DNA of 64,000 nt. It comes from an uncultured Bacteroidota bacterium. Lineage in GTDB: Bacteria; Bacteroidota; Bacteroidia; Bacteroidales; UBA12481. Below are positions 26,870 through 36,460 of this stretch, piece by piece. How positions within the stretch are numbered: position 1 is the stretch's first letter; each line of letters opens with the position of its first letter. Location: positions 1,625-65,624 of the forward strand of contig CAIXKO010000904.1 of assembly GCA_903919925.1 (NCBI GenBank), written 5' to 3'. The notes beneath the pieces were generated by a model. The model worked only from the letters and a program-made list of their open reading frames with translations, made no database searches and was not told where the DNA came from. The translations under genes and the position numbers were made by a program.

Positions 26870-27915
26870 ACATGTTGGTTAATCATTTCAGGATCACCAA
26901 TTAAAACTCCCTGTTTATCGGCATACTTCAATTCCGGATTGTAATCAATTCCGATTTTGTCCAGCAAAGCCTCTACTGGCACCTGATGCGTTTGCAATCC
27001 AATTTCCCATGGGTCATAACCCATTACAATTCCTGCCAGTTCCTCATGGGTAACCACCGGAATTTTAGAATCATCAGCTCCGTAAGTTGCCCCTTCGGTT
27101 TCTTCCAGTGTGTATTGCCAGCGATCCAGAAACATGGCGCAGCCAGGGCAATTGGCAACAATCAGATCGGGCTGGTAAGGCTGCATGGATTCCAGTTTGA
27201 TTTTGGACTGTGAAATAGAGTAACCGCGATTGGCCTGAACGAGGTAATTCCGGAATCCGAACCCGCAGCAATGCCGTCTTTCCGGATAATCAACCGTTAA
27301 TCCACCCCATGCGGTAATCAAGCCGGCCAGAACCTGCGGAAACTCTGACCCTCCGACACCTCGTTCCGGAAAAGTTTTTGCGTAATGGCAGCCAATATGA
27401 TCAACCACACGGAGTGGCTCACCTGTTTCTTTGTTTACCAATTTGTAACGTGCAATTCCGGCGATCTCATTGCGGTATTTGTATAAAATATCGGATGCAT
27501 GAACCATATTGGCAGGCTCGGTAAATACTCTGCCGGTTGCCTCTGCCAGGTATCCGGCAATCTTTTCTTTCAGCTCTGGCTGGTGCTTCCACAAATCAAT
27601 TATCTCAGAGTAAAGGCCAAAGGAAGTAACGCAGGAGGCCACCATATTTTGGTATGATTTCTCCTTCATCAGGGCAAATTGCCTCGCCACAACAGTCATG
27701 GTAGTCTCCAGAGGAACTATATCGGTGTGATAACCGATACCAGTGCAGGTAGTATGATCGGCATCCTCAAAAACATTTTTTCCAAGTTTATTGCGAAGGA
27801 TATCAATAAAAATATTTTCAGCTCCGGGGAAGAAATTTTGCCTGATACAACTCCTCACATAGAAGTAGTTATCATCTGCAATATCCTTTTGGTAATCTTT
27901 CCAGTATTTTTTCAC
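26863..27915 (-). CDS. HdrB-like protein with CCG domains
   Basis: 350 aa. GCHYAK...HCCGFGF...NCPGC. The GTG start overlaps the upstream TGA (GTGA). Confidence 0.8.
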   Translation of the reverse strand: MKKYWKDYQKDIADDNYFYVRSCIRQNFFPGAENIFIDILRNKLGKNVFEDADHTTCTGIGYHTDIVPLETTMTVVARQFALMKEKSYQNMVASCVTSFGLYSEIIDLWKHQPELKEKIAGYLAEATGRVFTEPANMVHASDILYKYRNEIAGIARYKLVNKETGEPLRVVDHIGCHYAKTFPERGVGGSEFPQVLAGLITAWGGLTVDYPERRHCCGFGFRNYLVQANRGYSISQSKIKLESMQPYQPDLIVANCPGCAMFLDRWQYTLEETEGATYGADDSKIPVVTHEELAGIVMGYDPWEIGLQTHQVPVEALLDKIGIDYNPELKYADKQGVLIGDPEMINQHVC

Positions 27916-28544
27916 AATTTATTATGCTTTTCAGATTCCGTTTCAATAGTATTCCAAAGATCTTTGCAGCCTGAGACTTCAAATATGCGATCGAGTTCAT
28001 CGAGAGCCTGGGTGCTGATTCTGCGCAATAATCCAGGACCGGCCTTATCATATCCCTGGTCAAAACGACCGTATACCTGATTGGCGTTACCCGACATCCA
28101 GGCCCAAACCGGACCTTGCTCCGGATGAGTAACCGGATCTACCCGTGTAGGGTGAATGCAATAGCCCGTTTCCAGAATATTATGCCCGATGGCACGTTTA
28201 ATAGCCAGCTGCTGACGGCCAAGAGTGGAGTTTACAAAAAGCCCGGTACGGATGGATACGGCTCGTAGAATCTGAATAAGCGCACCCGGAACATTTCCCC
28301 TGGGGCATCGGGGCTTGCAACTCATGCACTGCCCGCAATACCAAATAAGATCGGAGCTAAGCATTTCGGTTAACGTCCCCTCATCAGCTTCCTTAACCAG
28401 GTTCATGATCACTCGGGGATCATAATTATAATACCCTGAAGCAGGGCAAATTGCAGTGCAAACACCACAATTCATACACGACCGGCAAGCCTCCTCATAA
28501 CGGGGATCTGCAAGAATTTGTTGGTTAATAAGTGCTTTGTTCAT
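27912..28544 (-). CDS. HdrC-like 2x[4Fe-4S] protein
   Basis: 210 aa. CMNCGVCTAICP and CGQCMSCKPRCPRGNVP. Confidence 0.8.
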   Translation of the reverse strand: MNKALINQQILADPRYEEACRSCMNCGVCTAICPASGYYNYDPRVIMNLVKEADEGTLTEMLSSDLIWYCGQCMSCKPRCPRGNVPGALIQILRAVSIRTGLFVNSTLGRQQLAIKRAIGHNILETGYCIHPTRVDPVTHPEQGPVWAWMSGNANQVYGRFDQGYDKAGPGLLRRISTQALDELDRIFEVSGCKDLWNTIETESEKHNKL

Positions 28545-28551
28545 CAGATAA

Positions 28552-28559
28552 CAAAGCTA
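28552..28559 (-). promoter_or_regulatory. Candidate Bacteroidota -7 promoter element (TAnnTTTG) for the Hdr-like operon
   Basis: The minus strand reads TAGCTTTG, only 7 nt before the ATG at 28544. That implies a very short or absent leader if it is used. Confidence 0.3.
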
Positions 28560-28624
28560 CGGATCTAACTTTGCATCTGATAGAGAAGGAATACTGAATC
28601 CGCTGGGTATAAATACGTACCGGG

Positions 28625-29266
28625 TTATAGCTCCACCAGCTTCTCCTTAATCGCGTAAACCACGAGGCTGGCGGTATTGCGGCAACCGGTTTTTAAAAGG
28701 ATATTTGCTCGATGGCTGTCAACGGTTCGCTTACTAAGGCACAGTGAATCTGCTATTTCCTGTGTAGACATCCCTTTACAAATCAATAATATAATCTCCT
28801 TTTCACGGTCCGACAAAGGGGAATCAGGAGTTGTTTCCTCAGGTGAATTTTTCAGAGAATTGACCAAATTCATCAATAGTTCACGGGAAAAGTAATTGCC
28901 ACCCTCCATAACCGTTTCAAGGGCTAGTTTAACTTCACTGAAATCGGAGTTTTTCAAAAGAAATCCCTTTACACCGGCATCAACCATTTTAAAATAATAA
29001 TCCTGTTCCCCAAACATACTCAGTGTAATTATCTTTAAATCAGGATATTTAAGCAAAGCAAGCCTGGCAGCCTCTATACCATCCATTTCCGGCATTGCTA
29101 TGTCGAGCATAACAATATCGGGTTTACTTTGGTCGAGTATAGCTAAAAACTCTAAGCCGTTAGAAGCCTCGCCTGACACCTCAAATTTGTTTAAAGTATC
29201 GATCAGCACCCGCAGTCCCTTCCTGAAAAGCTTGTGATCATCCACCAAAAACACTTTATTTTTCAT
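28625..29266 (-). CDS. LuxR/NarL-family response regulator
   Basis: 213 aa. Receiver domain (VDDH..., DIVMLDIAMPEMDG, LSMFGE) plus a LuxR HTH (LSDREKEIILLICKGMSTQEIADSL). ATGA overlap with the kinase gene. Confidence 0.92.
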   Translation of the reverse strand: MKNKVFLVDDHKLFRKGLRVLIDTLNKFEVSGEASNGLEFLAILDQSKPDIVMLDIAMPEMDGIEAARLALLKYPDLKIITLSMFGEQDYYFKMVDAGVKGFLLKNSDFSEVKLALETVMEGGNYFSRELLMNLVNSLKNSPEETTPDSPLSDREKEIILLICKGMSTQEIADSLCLSKRTVDSHRANILLKTGCRNTASLVVYAIKEKLVEL

Positions 29267-30222
29267 AACTTCTTGATTGCTTTTACTTTAATAAACACCC
29301 TGATACCTAATCCAGGTTTTGATTCGACCACTAAATCACCCTTCAGCGATTTTATTCTGGATTGAATGTTAGTCAATCCAGATCCATCCCTGTCTTGTTC
29401 TTTCATTGTACGCTCAGCTTCGAAACCAATACCATTATCCTGATATTCAATGATCAGCTCGCCATTTTCATATCGGAGTACCAGGCTGGCCTTTGTTGCC
29501 TGAGAGTGCTGGATTGTATTATGAATCAGCTCACTGGTAACACGATAAATGACTACCTCAATGCTCTCATCAAATCGTTCGTTTTTAAGAGCAGTTTGAA
29601 AATCGATTTCCAACTGGCCGGTTTGCACAATTTTGTGGACATAATTGGCCAAAGCCCTGATTAGTCCAAAATTAGCCAGTACATGAGGGCTGAGATGGTC
29701 CGAAATATCTTTCAGGCTGCGGATGGCTTCGTCTACGGTTTCAGTGGCATTGCGAATAATGATCAGGCTTTGCTGATCGCGGGCAAGGTGCTCAAGAGTA
29801 GAAACCGACATTTTAACTGCGCTAAGAAGCGGGCCCATTCCATCGTGCAAATCTTTGGCGATGCGGGTGCGCTCAGCCTCTTCGGTTTGAATAATCGCGG
29901 ATAAAAAGCGTCGTTCAGTTTTTCGCCTTTCAATTTCCGCCTTTTTCATGTAGATGAATATCTGCTGGATAAGATATACCCCGGTGGCAAAAAACACAGA
30001 GGTAATCACACCCATCCAAATGTACAATTCCCTGAAATAATCAGGCTTAAAATTGCTGATAAACGGAAGAAACTCCATAAATCGCAGGATAACCATCAGC
30101 AGAAAGCCAACGGTAATGAGTATCCAGGAAAGGGCATATTTGGTTACGCTAAACAATCTTAGCGCGATTCCGGCTGCTATCAATTGAAGAATAATAGACA
30201 GGGCGAGGAGAATCTTAAGCAT
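29263..30222 (-). CDS. Sensor histidine kinase, HisKA_3 (NarX/DesK-like), membrane-embedded input
   Basis: 319 aa. Four N-terminal TM helices with almost no extracytoplasmic loop. H-box IAKDLHDGMGP; ATPase motifs YQDNGIGF and GSGLTNIQSR. Confidence 0.9.
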   Translation of the reverse strand: MLKILLALSIILQLIAAGIALRLFSVTKYALSWILITVGFLLMVILRFMEFLPFISNFKPDYFRELYIWMGVITSVFFATGVYLIQQIFIYMKKAEIERRKTERRFLSAIIQTEEAERTRIAKDLHDGMGPLLSAVKMSVSTLEHLARDQQSLIIIRNATETVDEAIRSLKDISDHLSPHVLANFGLIRALANYVHKIVQTGQLEIDFQTALKNERFDESIEVVIYRVTSELIHNTIQHSQATKASLVLRYENGELIIEYQDNGIGFEAERTMKEQDRDGSGLTNIQSRIKSLKGDLVVESKPGLGIRVFIKVKAIKKL

Positions 30223-30242
30223 GGCTTACAGGTTTAGCGGTG

Positions 30243-30250
30243 CAAAGGTA
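30243..30250 (-). promoter_or_regulatory. Candidate -7 promoter element (TAnnTTTG) for the kinase/regulator genes
   Basis: The minus strand reads TACCTTTG, 20 nt upstream of the ATG at 30222. Confidence 0.4.
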
Positions 30251-30322
30251 GTCAGAATCATGTTTATCAAAACCAAATAAAACAAACCCTCTGGTATTTC
30301 TTCTATCTTTAGGCCGAATTCG

Positions 30323-30330
30323 TAACTTTG
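30323..30330 (+). promoter_or_regulatory. Candidate -7 promoter element (TAnnTTTG) for the PKD/FISUMP lipoprotein gene
   Basis: TAACTTTG, 17 nt upstream of the ATG at 30348. Confidence 0.4.
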
Positions 30331-30347
30331 CCTAAACTGAATTTGAA

Positions 30348-31538
30348 ATGAAACGGAATTCCCTGCTTTTATACTGCCTGTCAGCCTGTGTTTGTCTCTT
30401 GATGTGGCAATCCTGCAAAAAGGAAAATCAACCTCCTGTTGCACAGTTTACTATAGACCCTGCAACTGGAAATGACCAAACGATTTTCACGATGGATGCT
30501 GCAGCAACCACTGATCCGGACGATAATGCAGAAACTCTGCTGGTTAGCTGGGATTGGGAAGGCGATGGTATTTTTGACAGTCAGTATGGAACCCGTAAAA
30601 AGGGTGATCATAAATATCCTAAAGCCGGCACTTATCAGGTTACGTTGGTTGCAAAAGATCCCCGCGGGCTAACCGATACATTAAGATTACCGCTAATAGT
30701 AAGCAGTTCGAATCTCCCCCCCGAGGCACCATTTGATCCACAGCCGGCTGATGGAGCGGTGACGCTCTCTGTAAACCCCTGGATGAAATGGGGAAGCAGC
30801 GATCCCGATGGTGACCCCTTGTTTTTTACCTGTTACTTTGGCAAAACAAATCCTCCGGCACAATTTATTGCCAGTCAAATGTTTGGAACATTCAGCCCGG
30901 GGAAACTTGATTATGGCACTAAATATTTCTGGAAAATTAAAGCCCGGGATACCAAGGGTAACATCACTGAGGGCCCTGTTTGGAGCTTCTCTACTTACGA
31001 TCTTCATTTTCAAACCATAACTGATTCGCGCGATGGACAAACCTATCAGGCTATTCAAATGGGCCAGGCCTGGTGGATGGCTGAGAATCTGCGATACGAT
31101 GCCGGTGCAGGCAGTTATTGTTATGAGGATAATTCAGCCCGCTGCACGGTTTATGGAAAGCTCTACACATGGGAAGCAGCAATGAAATCCTGTCCTCAGG
31201 GTTGGCACCTGCCATCACTCAAGGAATTTGAAACCATGATCAATTCGGCTGGAGGTCCGGAAATTGCTGGTGGCAAGCTCAAGGATTACGAAAAGCTGAT
31301 CTGGAGGGACGTCAACGTTGGTGCTACCAATGAATTAGGATTTTCTGCACTGCCTGCCGGTCGCCGATATGATTCAGGATTGTTTGCAGGCAATGGCTAT
31401 TTTGCGCAATTCTTTTCATCAACCGAGTACAACCGAAACGAGGCTTACAGTATGACTATCGGTTATGATTATGCCAACACCTTCATTTACAACTACAAGA
31501 AGGCTTATGCTATTTCAGTGCGGTGCGTAAAAAATTAG
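30348..31538 (+). CDS. Lipoprotein with PKD domain, FN3-like domain and C-terminal FISUMP (Fibrobacter succinogenes major paralogous) domain
   Basis: 396 aa. Lipobox MWQSC; PKD (WDWEGDG...YPKAGTYQVTL). FISUMP hallmarks: DSRDGQTYQAIQMG.QAWWMAENL, YGKLYTW, CPQGWHLPS, and a VRCVKN ending. Confidence 0.85.
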   Translation: MKRNSLLLYCLSACVCLLMWQSCKKENQPPVAQFTIDPATGNDQTIFTMDAAATTDPDDNAETLLVSWDWEGDGIFDSQYGTRKKGDHKYPKAGTYQVTLVAKDPRGLTDTLRLPLIVSSSNLPPEAPFDPQPADGAVTLSVNPWMKWGSSDPDGDPLFFTCYFGKTNPPAQFIASQMFGTFSPGKLDYGTKYFWKIKARDTKGNITEGPVWSFSTYDLHFQTITDSRDGQTYQAIQMGQAWWMAENLRYDAGAGSYCYEDNSARCTVYGKLYTWEAAMKSCPQGWHLPSLKEFETMINSAGGPEIAGGKLKDYEKLIWRDVNVGATNELGFSALPAGRRYDSGLFAGNGYFAQFFSSTEYNRNEAYSMTIGYDYANTFIYNYKKAYAISVRCVKN

Positions 31539-31540
31539 CA

Positions 31541-33280
31541 CTAATCTTCTGACATTTCTTTCATCATTTCGCGATATTTTGAAAATACCCGGGCCCGGCT
31601 AATGCAGCCAACATATTTACCCTGATCTAAAACCACCAGGATATATTTCCCGGAGGCTTGAATTTTCTGAGCCACCTGCTCAACAGAATCGCTCACTTCA
31701 ACAAGGTATTCCGGCGTATACATAAGATCGCTGCACAGAGTTGTTTGATACTGATCTGTTTTGAACATTACCGGTCGCAATCGCTCCATAATAATTAACC
31801 CCATAAATAACCCCGATGAATCCAGCACCGGAAACACATTACGGGTAGATTGTGCCACTACCTGAACTAAATCACCAAGAGTTTGATCCGGAGAAACCGG
31901 CTGAATGTCATGCTCAATCAATCCCCTGATATTCATTCGGGTCAAAGCTGCCTTATCTTTATTGTGTGTTATCAGTTCCCCACGGCTTGCCAAACGACTG
32001 GTATAAACCGAATGTGGTTCAACCAGATGGGCAGTCAGATAGGATATAGCAACCGTCAGCATCAAGGGTATTATCAGCAGGTAACCACCCGTAATCTCAG
32101 CAATAAGAAACATTGCGGTCAGAGGAGAACGCATGACTCCCGACATCACACCAGCCATGCCTACCAGGGTAAAATGGATTTCCGATACATTGATCATCCC
32201 GATATTATTCAGCAACCGAGCCAGGAAAAAGCCACTTAATCCACCCAGAAAAAGGCTCGGAGCAAACACCCCACCCACGCCACCTGCACCGGTGGTTACT
32301 CCCGTTGCGATTGCTTTAACCAGGATAATCCCAAGAATTACTCCCGGAAAAATCCAGGGGTCGTTTATCTGATTAAACCACAAGCTATTGACTAAAAGCT
32401 CTCCGGAATTCCCCATCAGCAGGCTATGCAACGCAAGGTAACCTTCGCCATAAAGAGGAGGAAACAGAACGATAAGTAAAGCAAGTATAGCACCACCGGT
32501 CAGCCATCTGATCCACACGGAGGATATGGCCTCCATCTTTTCTTCCACAAACCGGAGTACCTGTGTAAAATATACTGATACCACCCCGGTAAAAACTCCC
32601 AGAATCAGAAATGCCGGCAATTCAGACACGGTAAAAATGTCGGTCAAAGAATAAGAAAACAAAGCTGCATCGCCCATCAGGAGCCAGGCTACAGAAGTTG
32701 CCGTAACTGCTGAAATCATCAGGGGAAGGAGCGATGCCATCGTCAAATCGAGCATCAGCACTTCAATAGCAAAAAGTACTCCGGCAATGGGTGCCTTAAA
32801 TATTCCGGCTACTGCCCCGGTGGCTCCGCATGCAACCAGCAAAGTCACCGATTTGTAATTTAAGTGAAATCGTTGCCCCATCCATGATCCTACTGCTGAA
32901 CCAGTTAACACAATTGGTGCTTCCAATCCAACAGATCCTCCAAAACCAACAGTTAAAGTACTGGCCACCATGGAAGTATGCATGTGATGGTGCTTGAGTA
33001 AACTGTTTTTTTTGCTGATAGCATATAATATCTTACTGATTCCATGAGAGATAGAATCTTTTACCAGATATTTCACATATAATACCGTCAGCAATAAACC
33101 GGCAATCGGATATAATAGAAACAACCAGTTTGCCTGAGATTCCCGGAAACCGCTGGTCAGAAATATATTAGTGTAGTAAACCGCATTTTTGAGAATCACG
33201 GCAGCCAAACCGCTGATGGATCCAATAGCGAATGCCAGAATAAAAATAAATTGCCGGCTTTGCTTTAATCCTCGCTCCAT
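31541..33280 (-). CDS. ClC-family chloride channel/antiporter with C-terminal CBS pair
   Basis: 579 aa. GFGGSVGLEAP, GIFKAPIAG and GGVFAPSLFLGG, with a CBS-like C-terminus. Confidence 0.9.
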   Translation of the reverse strand: MERGLKQSRQFIFILAFAIGSISGLAAVILKNAVYYTNIFLTSGFRESQANWLFLLYPIAGLLLTVLYVKYLVKDSISHGISKILYAISKKNSLLKHHHMHTSMVASTLTVGFGGSVGLEAPIVLTGSAVGSWMGQRFHLNYKSVTLLVACGATGAVAGIFKAPIAGVLFAIEVLMLDLTMASLLPLMISAVTATSVAWLLMGDAALFSYSLTDIFTVSELPAFLILGVFTGVVSVYFTQVLRFVEEKMEAISSVWIRWLTGGAILALLIVLFPPLYGEGYLALHSLLMGNSGELLVNSLWFNQINDPWIFPGVILGIILVKAIATGVTTGAGGVGGVFAPSLFLGGLSGFFLARLLNNIGMINVSEIHFTLVGMAGVMSGVMRSPLTAMFLIAEITGGYLLIIPLMLTVAISYLTAHLVEPHSVYTSRLASRGELITHNKDKAALTRMNIRGLIEHDIQPVSPDQTLGDLVQVVAQSTRNVFPVLDSSGLFMGLIIMERLRPVMFKTDQYQTTLCSDLMYTPEYLVEVSDSVEQVAQKIQASGKYILVVLDQGKYVGCISRARVFSKYREMMKEMSED

Positions 33281-35055
33281 TTCTTTAAAAGCTGCCGGTA
33301 GGAAGTAAACAAACGAGCCCTGGAAATAAAGCCAACATATTGGTTTTTTGACAGGACCGGAATATTAAAATCGCTGGACTGATGAAACTTATGGGCAACA
33401 TCTTCCATGCTTTCTCCCGGTGCAATGGTAACAGGAGATTTGGCCATCAGATTGCGGATAAAAACTTTATCGTAAAACTCCGGTTTAAACATAATATCAC
33501 GCACATGATCCATATTTAGCACGCCGTAATAATTATTTTCATCGTCCACCACAGGGTAAAGATTCCTCCGCGATATGGCGATCACTTTTACCAGGTCCCC
33601 TAGCGTGGCATCGAGTTTTACAGGGGTAAAATTGGTTTCAATCAACTTATCGACTTTCATCAGCGAAAGGACAATTTTATCTTTATCCTGAGTAAAAAGT
33701 TGTTTCCGTCGTGCCAGTTGGATATGATAAAAAGAGAGTGGCTGAAAATACCGGATGGTTAAAAACGAAACACCGGCGGTGATCATCAATGGAAGAATAA
33801 GATTGTAAGCCAAAGTAATTTCTGCCATCAAAAAGATTCCGGTAAGAGGTGCATGCAATACCCCTGCAATCATCCCCGACATTCCAACCAACGCAAACAA
33901 TACCAGAGAGATATCAGATTCAAAGAAATAATTATAGACCGATCCGAACAACAATCCGGCGGCCATTCCGGTAAACAGGCTGGGGGCAATAATTCCCCCG
34001 ATACCACCTGCTCCAAGGGTAAGAGCGGTTGCTACAACCTGCATCAGAATCAGAAGGGCCAATATTAAAATGGTGGCACCAGGTTCTCCGGAAAAAGTAT
34101 AATAGCCTGATTTGTCAAAAATAAAGCCCAGATCGCCATGCAAGGCCCTGTTGATGGAATCATAGCCCTCCCCATACAGGCTGGGAAACAAAAAGATAAC
34201 CACACCCAGTAATCCTGCAGCCACAAACCAACGGGTCCAATTAGAGCGGATGTTTTTAAAAAGATCATCAACCCCAACAATAACTTTGGTAAAATAAAGC
34301 GATACCAAACCGGTGAAAACTCCAAGCAAAATAAAGAGCGGAACATGTTTCAGCTGAAATATCTCGGTAATTTTCATTGCAATGAGCACATCCTGCTTAA
34401 GAAACAGGTAAGAAGTTAAGGTTCCGGTAATTGAAGCCAGGAGCAAAGGCATCAATGACGAGAGAGTAAGATCGAGCATCAGCACTTCGATAGTAAAGAT
34501 AATGGCTGCAATTGGAGCCTTAAAAAGCGCTGCCAGTGCACCGGTCACTGCACATCCGATAAGCAGGATGATTTGCCGGTAATTAAGATGAAGCAATTGG
34601 CCCAGATTAGATCCAATGGCGCCACCGGTTAAAACGGCAGGCCCCTCCAAACCTACTGATCCACCGAAGCCAACAGTTAAGGTACTGGTTAAGGCGGAGG
34701 AAAAAATATGGTGTGGTTTAATGGCACCTTTAGTTCCTGAAATCGCATGGAGTATAACAGGGATTCCCAAACCGACCCTGACTTTCAGTACGTTATGAAC
34801 CAAAAACACCACCAGGGCAATACCAACAGCCGGATATACAAAAAACCAATAATTATGCATCTCTGACGAAAACCCATGAGTAAGAAAAGTGCGGATCAGG
34901 TAAACAGCATTCTTCATTAAAACAGCAGATAGACCCGATAACAGACCAACAATTAATGAAACAGCCAGAAAAAAATTCCGGTTCGAAATATTCCGGATTC
35001 TCCATCTCAAGAATCTGACCAGCAGATTGTACCTTTTCTTTCTTTTTAAACTCAT
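33265..35055 (-). CDS. ClC-family chloride channel/antiporter with C-terminal CBS pair (tandem paralog)
   Basis: 596 aa. GFGGSVGLEGP, LFKAPIAA, GGIIAPSLFTG. Overlaps the downstream paralog by 16 nt. Confidence 0.9.
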   Translation of the reverse strand: MSLKRKKRYNLLVRFLRWRIRNISNRNFFLAVSLIVGLLSGLSAVLMKNAVYLIRTFLTHGFSSEMHNYWFFVYPAVGIALVVFLVHNVLKVRVGLGIPVILHAISGTKGAIKPHHIFSSALTSTLTVGFGGSVGLEGPAVLTGGAIGSNLGQLLHLNYRQIILLIGCAVTGALAALFKAPIAAIIFTIEVLMLDLTLSSLMPLLLASITGTLTSYLFLKQDVLIAMKITEIFQLKHVPLFILLGVFTGLVSLYFTKVIVGVDDLFKNIRSNWTRWFVAAGLLGVVIFLFPSLYGEGYDSINRALHGDLGFIFDKSGYYTFSGEPGATILILALLILMQVVATALTLGAGGIGGIIAPSLFTGMAAGLLFGSVYNYFFESDISLVLFALVGMSGMIAGVLHAPLTGIFLMAEITLAYNLILPLMITAGVSFLTIRYFQPLSFYHIQLARRKQLFTQDKDKIVLSLMKVDKLIETNFTPVKLDATLGDLVKVIAISRRNLYPVVDDENNYYGVLNMDHVRDIMFKPEFYDKVFIRNLMAKSPVTIAPGESMEDVAHKFHQSSDFNIPVLSKNQYVGFISRARLFTSYRQLLKKWSED

Positions 35056-35154
35056 GTTCCGATCACGAAAGGGTTGCGTTAACCGATGTGAATATAGGCT
35101 AATTCATCGGGAATCCTTACCTTTACCCACTAAAATAATTCGTAATTCATTGTC

Positions 35155-36432
35155 ATGAAAAGAGATACTGCAATTTTCGACCTCATCATCAAGGAACAGG
35201 AACGGCAGAGGAATGGAATTGAACTGATCGCATCAGAGAATTTCGTAAGCTCACAGGTATTGGAAGCCATGGGCTCAGTGCTAACTAACAAATATGCTGA
35301 AGGATATCCGGGGCACCGCTATTATGGAGGGTGTGAAGTGGTTGATGAAACCGAGCAGCTGGCTATCGACAGACTAAAACAGCTGTATGATGCTGAATAT
35401 GCAAATGTTCAACCTCATTCCGGTGCTCAGGCCAACATGGCTGTATTCCTCACCGTACTTAAACCGGGTGACACCTTTATGGGGCTGGATCTCTCACATG
35501 GTGGTCATCTATCACATGGATCACCGGTAAATAGTTCAGGTATACTATATCGACAGGTATCCTATGGTGTTAAAGAAGAAACCGGACGGGTTGATTATGA
35601 GATGATGGAGGAAGTTGCGCTCCGTGAAAAGCCGAAAATGATTATTGCAGGTGCATCAGCCTACTCCCGTGAATGGGATTACGAGCGAATGCGAGCTATT
35701 GCCGACGAAGTTGGTGCCATTTTGATGGTTGATATGGCTCATCCTGCGGGATTGATTGCAGCAGGCTTGCTAAACAATCCGGTAAAATATGCCCACATTG
35801 TTACATCAACCACTCACAAAACCTTGAGGGGCCCAAGGGGAGGTATTATCATGGTGGGTAAAGATTTCGAAAATCCATGGGGGATTGCCACAAAAAAAGG
35901 TGAAATCCGCAAAATATCGTCACTGATTGACTCAGCTGTTTTTCCGGGTGTTCAGGGTGGTCCGCTGGAACACATTATTGCTGCCAAGGCTGTTTCTTTT
36001 GGAGAGGCTTTGAGCCCTGAATTCAAAACCTATCAACAGCAGGTTAAGAAAAATGCCGCCGTAATGGCCGAATCCTTTATGAACAAAGGCTACAAAGTGA
36101 TATCGGGTGGAACCGATAACCACAGCATGCTGATTGACCTGCGCACCAAGGCACCCGATATCACTGGAAAGCAGGTTGAAAATGCTTTAGTCAGGGCCGA
36201 TATAACTGTCAACAAAAATATGGTCCCGTTCGATTCACGCTCCCCATTTCAAACTTCCGGACTACGGGTTGGAACCCCGGCCATCACAACTCGCGGCCTG
36301 ACTGAAGAGCACATGGAACCAATTGTTGAACTGATCGACCGGATAATCACCGACATCAGCAATGAGAACCTAATCATGAAAACCAAAACCGAAGTTAACC
36401 GGATGATGGGCGGATTGCCCATGTTTGCGTAA
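35155..36432 (+). CDS. glyA: Serine hydroxymethyltransferase
   Basis: 425 aa. [19 protein letters not shown], and [14 protein letters not shown] (PLP Lys). Confidence 0.97.
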   Translation: MKRDTAIFDLIIKEQERQRNGIELIASENFVSSQVLEAMGSVLTNKYAEGYPGHRYYGGCEVVDETEQLAIDRLKQLYDAEYANVQPHSGAQANMAVFLTVLKPGDTFMGLDLSHGGHLSHGSPVNSSGILYRQVSYGVKEETGRVDYEMMEEVALREKPKMIIAGASAYSREWDYERMRAIADEVGAILMVDMAHPAGLIAAGLLNNPVKYAHIVTSTTHKTLRGPRGGIIMVGKDFENPWGIATKKGEIRKISSLIDSAVFPGVQGGPLEHIIAAKAVSFGEALSPEFKTYQQQVKKNAAVMAESFMNKGYKVISGGTDNHSMLIDLRTKAPDITGKQVENALVRADITVNKNMVPFDSRSPFQTSGLRVGTPAITTRGLTEEHMEPIVELIDRIITDISNENLIMKTKTEVNRMMGGLPMFA

Positions 36433-36460
36433 TAACTCAAATCAATTACAACCGCTGATT

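Noticed and set aside
35056-35154. Possible riboswitch (fluoride for ClC; ZTP/THF for glyA) in the divergent ClC/glyA intergenic region
   Set aside because: It contains only a short CCGATG...CATCGG hairpin (35083-35110). I could not recognise the conserved cores of the fluoride, ZTP or THF riboswitches. The region is only 99 nt and must hold two promoters.
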